Shown: positions 16,427-24,420 of the stretch, one piece after another
Layout: each line of letters opens with the position of its first letter
Position numbering within the stretch: the stretch's first letter is position 1
Assembly: GCA_003245895.1 (NCBI GenBank)
Contig: QKBZ01000242.1
Span: 1-28,145, forward strand
Direction of reading: 5' to 3'
DNA: 28,145 bases
Source: Beggiatoa sp.
GTDB taxonomy: Bacteria; Pseudomonadota; Gammaproteobacteria; Beggiatoales; Beggiatoaceae
Translations under genes and position numbers: made by a program
Notes under the pieces: generated by a model
Seen by the model: only the letters and a program-made list of their open reading frames with translations
What the model was told of the DNA's origin: nothing
Databases searched by the model: none

Positions 16427-16900
16427 GGTCACTGCCATTAAATTAAGCATATGTAGGTCGGATAAGGCGATAGCCGTCATCCGACATAACACTGTTGAAG
16501 CTGAGTTCGACGAAATATTTTCTGTAAAAACAATTGGTTTCTCGTTCCCACACGCCGTGTCACTACCATTAAGTTAAGCAAACGTTGTCGTTGTAGGGTG
16601 GAATAGCGCAGCGTATTCCACCATAGACTTCTGCAAAAAAGCTGAGTAAAAACAGGTCATAAACCGCATGGTGGAATACGGCTTACGCCTATTCCACCCT
16701 ACAAACACGCTTAACTTAATGACAGTGACATGCTGTGTGGGAACGATGAACATAACTTTGTTTTTAATGATAATTTTCGTCGAACTCAGGTCTGTTGAAG
16801 CTTGGAGCAAGCCACTTACGGCGGATGACGGCTAAAGCCTTATCCGCCCTACAAGACTTTAGCAGCCTTAACTTAATAGCAGTGACGCTATATCGCCCCT
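16427..16900. repeat. Dense mosaic repeat cluster: M motif (16427-16447), PU-A (16442-16476), linker, E element in reverse orientation (16493-16552), M motif, PU-D double hairpin palindrome (16590-16705), M motif inverted, E element forward (16735-16806), inverted PU-A (16821-16853), M motif.
   Basis: tcactgccattaaattaagc / ccattaagttaagc / gcttaacttaatgacagtgac / ccttaacttaatagcagtgac. PU-D is gtagggtggaatagcgcagcgtattccacc ... ggtggaatacggcttacgcctattccaccctac. About 470 bp contain no plausible ORF. Confidence 0.8.
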
Positions 16901-17108
16901 TCAGACAGCATTTTATAACCACTTGCGTTTAAACAGTTAATACATCACAGTCAGACCTTTTTTGTTCCAACAGTGTATTCCACAAGCTGTTTTAAGGCTC
17001 GCTTATCTGGCTGGGATCATCTATGATTTTCCTTAATTACTAGCGGCTTAGTCAAAAATGCTACTCTAATGCCCGCCTTTAGCAGAATGCTTGTGAGGAA
17101 GCTTAAAT

Positions 17109-20100
17109 ATGGATAGCAATACCACCACATCCTCGGATTACACCACGCCTTTGCCTAATGAGGTGACGCTGAATGACGCACAGTGGACACAGCAGGGACA
17201 AGATTTAATTATTCACTTATGGTCTGACACCTTTACTGTGCCGAATTATTTCGCGCATCCACACCCTTTAATGCTGGCTGACGGTTCGCAATTGTCAGCG
17301 ACAGATGTGCAAGCGAATTTAAGCACACAGCCTAATTATCAATTAGCGGCAGATGGCGGCAGCAACTTTGTACCACAGACAGCGCAAATCGGTATTGCCA
17401 GCACCGTGGTCAATGGCCCTATTTCGGTAGAAGATATTAGAGGTCATGTGCGTGAGGTGTCACAAGGCGATCCGATTTACTTAAATGACACCATCCAAAC
17501 TTCTGCCAAAGGCTATGTCAAAATCACTTTAGAAGATGGTACTTTGTTCCAATTAGGCCCTTTGTCACGGGTGCAAATGGAAAAGTATTCCTACATTTCT
17601 GAGGAAGAAGGCGGTCATTTTGAGAGTAATGTGTTTGTCGGTTTTTTCCGTTTTATCAGTGGCAAGTTAAGCGGTGAAGATGAAGGACAACAACACAGTG
17701 TCATCAAAACGCCTTCCGCAACCATTGGTATTCGCGGTAGTGAAATTGATGGGCAAATCGATGTAGATGGCTCTACCACCATTCTGCATTCTGAAGGCTT
17801 AATCGATATTACGCCGCTGTTTTCACAAGACACCATCTCTGTGTACCAGCCAGGGACGCGGATTTTTATTGATAATAACAGCTTACAACGTGACTTAGCT
17901 TCACCGCTGTTTATCGAAGAGTTTCGCGGTAATTTAGATACGATTAATTTATATGATGAATCAGGTGAGTTACTGCTTGCACCGCCCCCCGCATTTGAAG
18001 GACGTGGGCCTAATGGCGCACCACCACCCCACTTACAAGATTTACGTCATTTACCACAGCAATTAGTCGAAAAATTGCAAGCGGGTGAGCAAATGCCGTT
18101 TACCCGTCAGCCGCCATCTCCTGCACCGACTTCGGATCAAGGTGAGTTCCGCCCTGATTTGTTAGCGCGATTTTTACAAGGCCAAGGACAGGCAAATCCT
18201 GAAGCCTCTTCTACACAAACCCCGCATCCGTTTGACGGCTTAGCCAGTTTGCCTGAAGACAAATTAGCGTTATTGCAAAAGCTAAGACAAGGTGACTCAC
18301 CTTTAGCAGAGCGACTGGATAAAGTATTAGAACGTTTAGAGTCTAAATTAGCGGAAAATGAGGCCAATGAGCACGAGCATGACCGCTTAAGTGTGGCGAA
18401 TGAGCGCACAAAAAATCTATTAATCACTGCGAATGCCATTCCAAATGAAACGCCTACATTGGGTGATAATGAATTTTTAGAAGATAACGCGATTGTGGCG
18501 ACCTTTCCTGAAGGGATCATGGAACGCTTGTCTAATTTGCAAACCGTGTTGTTACAACAGCCCACCAATGGCAGTGTAGAAGATAATTACAACGGAACTT
18601 TGACCTATGTGCCCGTGGCAAACTTTGTCGGTGAAGATCAATTTGGCGTGCGCTTAACAGGAGATGAAGATTTTCTGTTGCAAACGGTGACTGTTACCCG
18701 CTCTAACGTGGTGTTACCGGAACCACTGACAGAAACCAGTATTTTAGGCACACCAGAACACGGTCAACTGTTTATCAATGCAGACAATACCGTTAGTTAT
18801 GTGCCTGAAGCTAATTATGTAGGTTCAGACTTTTTTACTTACCAAGCTTCCGCCGAAGCAGAGCCAGTAATTGTTGAGTTGCAGGTGTTTTCAGTCAATG
18901 ATGCGCCTGATGCACGGGCGGATGGCGGTTTTGTCATCGATGAAGATGCACGTTTGCTCATCCCTGTCAGCACCTTATTAGAAAACGATTCGGATGTTGA
19001 CGGCGATCCTCTGTCCATTATTGCAGTGGGTCGTATTGATGGCGTTACTTATGATGAAAATGGCAACGCGCAAGTTATTCCATTGCAATATGGTTCAGTA
19101 GAGTATGACGCTGAGACCAATATCATCACCTTTGATTCTCCAGCAGATTTTAATGGCGAATTAGTCTTTTCTTATCAAATTGCTGATCCTGAAGGGGCTG
19201 CTGATATTGCCACCGTCAGCATCACGGTTAACCCTGTCAATGACGCGCCATTGGCAACAGCGGATGAAGTCACGCTGTTAAATGGCAATACCTTAATCAG
19301 CAACGCACAACTATTGTTCAATGATACCGATGCTGACGGCGATAGCTTACAAATCATACAAGTCGATAGCGCAGAAAATGGTAGCGTTACCTTAACCAGC
19401 AATGGCGTGGTGTTTACCCCAACGGATGACACCGTAACCGCTGGTAGTTTCCGTTACACAGTGACTGACGGTGTGTTAAGTAATAGTGCCGTTGTCTCTG
19501 TTCAAGTTGGAGAATTAGACGGTAGCTTGCTGAATCGCGCACCGGTTGCCGTTAATGATAACCGTACCTTAGGCACCGGCTTAGCCTTTGTCATCCATGA
19601 TTTGTTAGCAAATGATATTGACCCTGATGGCGACACGTTACGCATCGTCAGTGTTAATGGTGCAAATAATGGCAGTGTGACATTAGGCGACGATAACACG
19701 GTTATTTTCACCCGTCCTGATGGAGAAATGGGTAGTTTTACCGGTGGCTTTACTTACACCATTACCGATGACAACGGCAACTTTGCTGAAGCAGAAGTGA
19801 TAATTAATGGTGATGCGTTGAGCAATATCGCCTTACAACTGCAAGATGATGTTTTTAACATTACTTCAGGCCAAAGATTACAGCTTGGAACACAAGATTT
19901 ACTGCAAAATGACCTCGGTGATGGTTTAACCGTTATTTCTGTGGACAGTGCTCGCGACGGCACCGTGAGTTTAAATGCTGACGGCAGTTTGTCTTTTGAA
20001 CCCAGCACAGACTTTTTAGGCAATGCAGGCTTTAGCTATACCGTACAAGACAGTTCAGGCAATACGGCGACGGCAAATGTGACTGTCACGGTTTCAGGTT

Positions 20101-22373
20101 TGCTGAATCAAGCCCCTGTCGCGGTTGCAGATCAATTTGCCACGTTGCAAAACAGTGCTCTAAGTATTCAAACCACGGACTTATTAGCCAATGATACAGA
20201 TGCTAATGTGTTGCAAACTTTAACAGTGGACAGTGTAAGCGATGGCATTGGCGGCACAGTGAGTTTGCAATCTGGTGTGGTGGTGTTTACGCCGAATGCT
20301 GATTTTGTTGGTACGGCAACATTTAGTTACACCATTAGCGATAACCGTGGAGCAACCGCCAGTGCGGAAGTGACGGTAGAAGTGGTTACCACGGATGTGT
20401 TAACTGCACAGCCTGACAGCATTAGCACGCCGAAAAATACCGTGTTGAGTGTAGACAGTGCTAGTTTGCTGGGCAATGACATTGACCCAAGCGCCCAAGG
20501 TTTAACGCTGGTCAGTGTCAATAATGGCAGCGGTGGCACTGTGAGTTTGCAAGGTTCAACGATTGAGTTTGTGCCGGATACTGATTTTGCCGGTGCAGCT
20601 AATTTTAGCTATACCGTGCAAGACAGTACGGGCGCGCAAGCAAGTGCTACCGTTAACGTCGATGTGGTGAATCAAGCACCTGTCGCGGCGGCAGATGCGG
20701 TGAGTACAAATGTTAATCAAGCTTTGACGATTCCCACCAGTAGCTTGTTAAGCAATGACAGCGATCCTGATCTCAATGACAGCATTGTATTTGACAGTTT
20801 AGGTTCTGCAAACAATGGTGTAGTTAGCTTAGACGCGACTGGCGAGTCGGTGATTTTTACCCCAACGACTGATTTCACAGGTGTTGCTGAGTTTAATTAC
20901 AGCATTCAAGACAGTAGCGGTGCAACAAGTAGTGCCGTGGTCACTGTCGATGTGTTGGCAGCGGCGGACAGCGTACAAGCAGTGGCGGATAGTTTTACCA
21001 GTACAGTGGATCAAGTGTTTACCACAGATGGCACTAGCTTGCTGAGCAATGACAGTTTTTCTAGTACTGATTTACAAGCAGCGGCGACCGTGAGCAGTGT
21101 TAGCAATGCGGTCAATGGCCAAGTGCGTTTTGACAGCAGCACACAGCAAGTGAGCTTTGTGCCAAGCACTGGTTTTATCGGCGATGCCAGTTTCGATTAC
21201 ACCTTAACGGCTAATGGCTTGAGTTCAACCGGCACCGTGACCTTAACCATTGCGGGACAAGCTTTAGTGGCTGTTGATGACAGTGGCTTTTTCACCAGCA
21301 GTGGCGATACCTTAAGCATTGATATTAACAGCTTATTGAATAATGACGAAAATCCTAACGGTAATGCCTTAAGTCTGACCACCTTGAGCAATGTGCAAGG
21401 CGGGACTGCACAAATCAGCGCCTTAAATACAGTGGAATTTACTGCTGATCCGACTTATGTCGGCATTGCCAGTTTTGATTATGAAGTCACTGATGGCACA
21501 GAAGTGAGTCAAGCCTCGGTGTTAATCGATGTGCAAACGGCCAATCAAGCACCGACCGCAGTTGCCGATCAATTTGATATTCCATTCAATCAAACGGTGA
21601 CTTTAAGCACTTTTGAATTACTGCAAAATGATACTGATCCAGACCCAACGGATTTGCTGAGCTTTGTCGATGTACAAAATGTACCCACAGGGCTTACTGT
21701 GACTGTGAGTGGCGATACTTTGCAGATTTTCACGGATTATCAAAGCCTAGCAGATTTAAGCTCTACCCAATTTCAATATGTCATCACGGATGGCACACAA
21801 GAAGCTATTGGCACAGTGACCTTAAATGCTGATAATGTGTTACAAGGTACCACGGGTGCAGATAATTTAACGACGAGTGCAAGTACACAAGAAATTGTGA
21901 CGGGCTTAGCGGGCAACGATACTTTCGGCACACCAACAGGGCCGGATATATTATTAGGCGATGCTGGTGACGACTTATTTTTACTGCAACCTGATACTGC
22001 CGCAGGAGCAACTTTAGACGGTGGCGCAGGCTCTGACAGTTTAAGTTTAAGCGGCGATGGTCAAGTTTTAAACTTGGTACAAAATAATAGTTTATCGTCA
22101 GATCAAGCATTAAATTTGAGTGGTATTGACGAGATTGATTTAAGTGCAGGCAGTAACAATCAATTGATCATCGGTTTGAACGACGTGTTGTCTATGTCCG
22201 ACAGTGGTTCGTTACTGATAGAAGGCAATAGCTCAAGTGTAGTGACTTCTGTTGGTGAAGGTTGGACTAATAATGGTCAGGTGGCACTTGATGGCGCGTT
22301 GTATAATTCGTACACCGCGAGCGGGGCTGAGCTATTAGTGAGCAATGATGTTGTATTGCAATTTATCAGTTAA
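17109..22373 (+). CDS. Large RTX-family adhesin (predicted type I secretion substrate) with about 10-11 tandem ~100-aa cadherin/Ig-like (VCBS/T1SS-143-like) repeats and C-terminal Ca-binding nonapeptide repeats.
   Basis: Recurrent modules such as VNDAPDARADGGFVIDEDARL...LLENDSDVDGDPLSI...F.Y.v.D..G. C-terminal GGxGxD-type repeats (GLAGNDTFG, GDAGDDLFL, GGAGSDSLS). Acidic/hydrophobic C-terminal tail ...LLVSNDVVLQFIS, typical of T1SS secretion signals. RBS gaggaag lies upstream. Confidence 0.85.
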   Translation: MDSNTTTSSDYTTPLPNEVTLNDAQWTQQGQDLIIHLWSDTFTVPNYFAHPHPLMLADGSQLSATDVQANLSTQPNYQLAADGGSNFVPQTAQIGIASTVVNGPISVEDIRGHVREVSQGDPIYLNDTIQTSAKGYVKITLEDGTLFQLGPLSRVQMEKYSYISEEEGGHFESNVFVGFFRFISGKLSGEDEGQQHSVIKTPSATIGIRGSEIDGQIDVDGSTTILHSEGLIDITPLFSQDTISVYQPGTRIFIDNNSLQRDLASPLFIEEFRGNLDTINLYDESGELLLAPPPAFEGRGPNGAPPPHLQDLRHLPQQLVEKLQAGEQMPFTRQPPSPAPTSDQGEFRPDLLARFLQGQGQANPEASSTQTPHPFDGLASLPEDKLALLQKLRQGDSPLAERLDKVLERLESKLAENEANEHEHDRLSVANERTKNLLITANAIPNETPTLGDNEFLEDNAIVATFPEGIMERLSNLQTVLLQQPTNGSVEDNYNGTLTYVPVANFVGEDQFGVRLTGDEDFLLQTVTVTRSNVVLPEPLTETSILGTPEHGQLFINADNTVSYVPEANYVGSDFFTYQASAEAEPVIVELQVFSVNDAPDARADGGFVIDEDARLLIPVSTLLENDSDVDGDPLSIIAVGRIDGVTYDENGNAQVIPLQYGSVEYDAETNIITFDSPADFNGELVFSYQIADPEGAADIATVSITVNPVNDAPLATADEVTLLNGNTLISNAQLLFNDTDADGDSLQIIQVDSAENGSVTLTSNGVVFTPTDDTVTAGSFRYTVTDGVLSNSAVVSVQVGELDGSLLNRAPVAVNDNRTLGTGLAFVIHDLLANDIDPDGDTLRIVSVNGANNGSVTLGDDNTVIFTRPDGEMGSFTGGFTYTITDDNGNFAEAEVIINGDALSNIALQLQDDVFNITSGQRLQLGTQDLLQNDLGDGLTVISVDSARDGTVSLNADGSLSFEPSTDFLGNAGFSYTVQDSSGNTATANVTVTVSGLLNQAPVAVADQFATLQNSALSIQTTDLLANDTDANVLQTLTVDSVSDGIGGTVSLQSGVVVFTPNADFVGTATFSYTISDNRGATASAEVTVEVVTTDVLTAQPDSISTPKNTVLSVDSASLLGNDIDPSAQGLTLVSVNNGSGGTVSLQGSTIEFVPDTDFAGAANFSYTVQDSTGAQASATVNVDVVNQAPVAAADAVSTNVNQALTIPTSSLLSNDSDPDLNDSIVFDSLGSANNGVVSLDATGESVIFTPTTDFTGVAEFNYSIQDSSGATSSAVVTVDVLAAADSVQAVADSFTSTVDQVFTTDGTSLLSNDSFSSTDLQAAATVSSVSNAVNGQVRFDSSTQQVSFVPSTGFIGDASFDYTLTANGLSSTGTVTLTIAGQALVAVDDSGFFTSSGDTLSIDINSLLNNDENPNGNALSLTTLSNVQGGTAQISALNTVEFTADPTYVGIASFDYEVTDGTEVSQASVLIDVQTANQAPTAVADQFDIPFNQTVTLSTFELLQNDTDPDPTDLLSFVDVQNVPTGLTVTVSGDTLQIFTDYQSLADLSSTQFQYVITDGTQEAIGTVTLNADNVLQGTTGADNLTTSASTQEIVTGLAGNDTFGTPTGPDILLGDAGDDLFLLQPDTAAGATLDGGAGSDSLSLSGDGQVLNLVQNNSLSSDQALNLSGIDEIDLSAGSNNQLIIGLNDVLSMSDSGSLLIEGNSSSVVTSVGEGWTNNGQVALDGALYNSYTASGAELLVSNDVVLQFIS

Positions 22374-22398
22374 AGTGTGAAAACAACACGCTCGCTTT

Positions 22399-22434
22399 TG
22401 TAGGTCGGATAAGGCGTTAGCCGTCATCCGACAT
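22399..22434. repeat. PU-A REP unit.
   Basis: tgtaggtcggataaggcgttagccgtcatccgacat. Confidence 0.8.
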
Positions 22435-22515
22435 AATGCTTGTTGTCTGAATCAGAATTTGCAGGATTAAAGACCTTTCAGAATTCTGAATCCCCATTCA
22501 TCTAAGTTAAAGTCG

Positions 22516-22557
22516 TTGTAGGGTTTGCGCCGCGTCCTTTTGCGGTGCGAACGCGGA
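22516..22557. repeat. PU-C unit (same as the arms of the 9651-9852 element).
   Basis: gttgtagggtttgcgccgcgtccttttgcggtgcgaacgcgga. Confidence 0.8.
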
Positions 22558-22572
22558 AAAGTCTGCCTCAGT

Positions 22573-22730
22573 CTTGTAGGGTGTGCGAAACGCCGCCGAG
22601 AAGCTGGTGTTGTTTCTGACCTTCATCGGCGTTTTGCCCACCGTGCGGGGCTTGGTGGGCAAAATCCCACACCAACGACAACGGGTTATCAAACGACATA
22701 CCCTGTGGGATTTTACACACCCTACAAGCG
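22573..22730. repeat. About 160-bp nested palindromic element (PU-F) bounded by cttgtagggtgtg ... cacaccctacaag.
   Basis: The terminal inverted repeat is gtagggtgtgcgaaa / ttttacacaccctac. Internal sub-hairpins include gggcaaaatcccaca/ctgtgggatttt. Confidence 0.6.
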
Positions 22731-22740
22731 TGTATGTCTT

Positions 22741-22846
22741 TAACTTAATAGCAGTGATGGGGACGAAAAAGCACTTGTTTTTACAATAATATTGTGTCGA
22801 ACTTAGGTGTGGCAGATGACGGCTTGTGCCTTATCCGCCCTACAAT
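22741..22846. repeat. M motif + divergent E-like element + inverted PU-A.
   Basis: taacttaatagcagtgatgg; gacgaaaaagcacttgtttttacaataatattgtgtcgaacttagg; ggcagatgacggcttgtgccttatccgccctacaa. Confidence 0.7.
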
Positions 22847-22930
22847 AACGTGTTAGTTTTGGCACTTACCCACATCAACACAGTGAAGTGGTACTATGTA
22901 CACAAGGATATTTCATTGAGGATAATGCAT

Positions 22931-24277
22931 ATGAAACTTAGGGGGATTTATGCACTGTTGCTAGCCGGTGTCAGCTTACTGACCTCGAATAGCCACGCAG
23001 ATACCTTAATACAAGTGATTGAACGTACCTTAGAGACTCACCCCGAGGTTTTATTTAATCAATATAACCGTTTAGCGGCTGAAGAAGGCATTTCACAAGC
23101 TAAAGCGGGGTATTTGCCACGGGTGCAAGTGTCAGGCGGGTATGGCCGTGAATACAGTGATAATGCCACAACCCGTTTAACGGATGATGATGGTTTAGAA
23201 TTAAACCGCCGTGAACTGGGAATTAATGTCTCACAAACCTTATTTGACGGTTTTCAAGTCAGTGCCAATATTGATAACCGTAAAGCCTTACGCAACTCTG
23301 CTGCCCACCGCACCTTAAACAGTAGCGAAAACGTCACACAAGCCACTGCCGAAGCATTTTTAAACATCTTCCGCCGTCAAGCGTTATTAGAACTGGCGAA
23401 AGATAACCTTGTCGTGCATCAGAAGAACTTAAATAAAATCGAAGAATTATATAATGCAGGTGCAGGACGGATTGCTGACGCGCAACAAAGTCAAAGCCGT
23501 TTAGCTTTAGCCGAATCTGTGTTAATCAATGCAGAAGGCAATTTAACCAACGCCACCATTTATTACCAACAAATTACCGGTGAATTACCCGCTAATTTGG
23601 TGAATTTTCTCGATGATCCGGTTGCTGAGCGTTTAAGACAAGCCTTGCCAAGCAGTTTAGAAGCCGCACTGGATTATGCCTTACAAAACCACCCTACTTT
23701 GTTGACCGCGCGTGCTGAGATAAATGCTGCTGAAGCCAATTATCGCCAAGCGGGTGCGACCTTTATGCCACAAGTCACTTTAGATGTTGGTGCTTCTAAA
23801 AACAAAGATTTAGATGGTATAGAAGGAGATAACGACGATTGGCAAGCCATGTTACATTTGAATTATAACGTGTACCGTGGTGGTGCAGATCGCGCTCGAC
23901 GTGCCGAAACTATCCAATTATTAGCCGCCGCCCGTGAAGCCTTACGCCAAGCAGAACGCGAAGTACAACAAAATGTACATTTAGCATGGAATAATTTAAA
24001 CACAGTACGCCAACGTATCTCGCCATTAGAAAAGCATTTAAAAGCCACAGAAGAAGTGGTTGATTCTTATAACGAACAGTTTAAATTAGGCCAACGTAGT
24101 TTGTTAGATGTCTTAGATTCAGAAGGCGAGTTATTCCGCGCCCGCTCTTCTTTAGCCGACTTAAAGTTTTCAGAATGGATCGAAATCTTTAATGTGTTAG
24201 GCAGTATGGGACAGTTATTGAATACTTTGCAAATTGCACCACCTGCGGCTTCGCAGTTGAGTGAGGCAGAGAAGTAA
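22931..24277 (+). CDS. TolC-family outer-membrane channel (type I secretion / efflux OMP).
   Basis: Signal peptide MKLRGIYALLLAGVSLLTSNSHA. Two-repeat TolC architecture with a typical N-terminal DTLIQVIERTLETHPEV (outer membrane efflux protein family). The ORF-track start at 22826 extends into the repeat region; ATG 22931 (or 22925) is more plausible. Confidence 0.8.
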   Translation: MKLRGIYALLLAGVSLLTSNSHADTLIQVIERTLETHPEVLFNQYNRLAAEEGISQAKAGYLPRVQVSGGYGREYSDNATTRLTDDDGLELNRRELGINVSQTLFDGFQVSANIDNRKALRNSAAHRTLNSSENVTQATAEAFLNIFRRQALLELAKDNLVVHQKNLNKIEELYNAGAGRIADAQQSQSRLALAESVLINAEGNLTNATIYYQQITGELPANLVNFLDDPVAERLRQALPSSLEAALDYALQNHPTLLTARAEINAAEANYRQAGATFMPQVTLDVGASKNKDLDGIEGDNDDWQAMLHLNYNVYRGGADRARRAETIQLLAAAREALRQAEREVQQNVHLAWNNLNTVRQRISPLEKHLKATEEVVDSYNEQFKLGQRSLLDVLDSEGELFRARSSLADLKFSEWIEIFNVLGSMGQLLNTLQIAPPAASQLSEAEK

Positions 24278-24305
24278 GTCGTTGAAGTTAAGCGTTGTCA
24301 CAATC

Positions 24306-24409
24306 TTGTAGGGCGGATAAGGCGTAAGCCGTCATCCGCCGCAAGTGGCTTGGTGCAAGCTTCAACGGTGTTATGTCAGATGACGGCTAAAGCCTTATCC
24401 GACCTACAT
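24306..24409. repeat. BIME-like unit: PU-A, conserved linker, inverted PU-A, in the convergent gap between tolC-like and prlC.
   Basis: tgtagggcggataaggcgtaagccgtcatccgcc-gcaagtggcttggtgcaagcttcaacggtgttatg-tcagatgacggctaaagccttatccgacctaca. The linker matches 12949-12981. Confidence 0.85.
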
Positions 24410-24420
24410 ATCCGCTTAAC

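Noticed and set aside
16574-16810. 78-aa minus-strand ORF in the repeat cluster.
   Set aside because: It is entirely composed of REP/PU-D/E repeat sequence, with no RBS, and is probably a chance ORF.
17040-17075. Tentative sigma-70 promoter for the adhesin (ttagtc ... tctaat).
   Set aside because: The spacer is only about 11 bp and the -10 hexamer is poor. It cannot be supported from sequence alone.
17109-22373. Possible CRISPR array or nucleotide tandem repeats within the giant gene.
   Set aside because: Periodicity is about 300 bp at the protein-domain level with divergent sequence. There are no short identical direct repeats with unique spacers and no cas genes.
22525-22789. Two small plus-strand ORFs (72 and 68 aa) and one minus-strand ORF between adhesin and tolC-like gene.
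   Set aside because: They overlap the PU-C/PU-F palindromic repeats, and their translations are low-complexity read-throughs of hairpin DNA.
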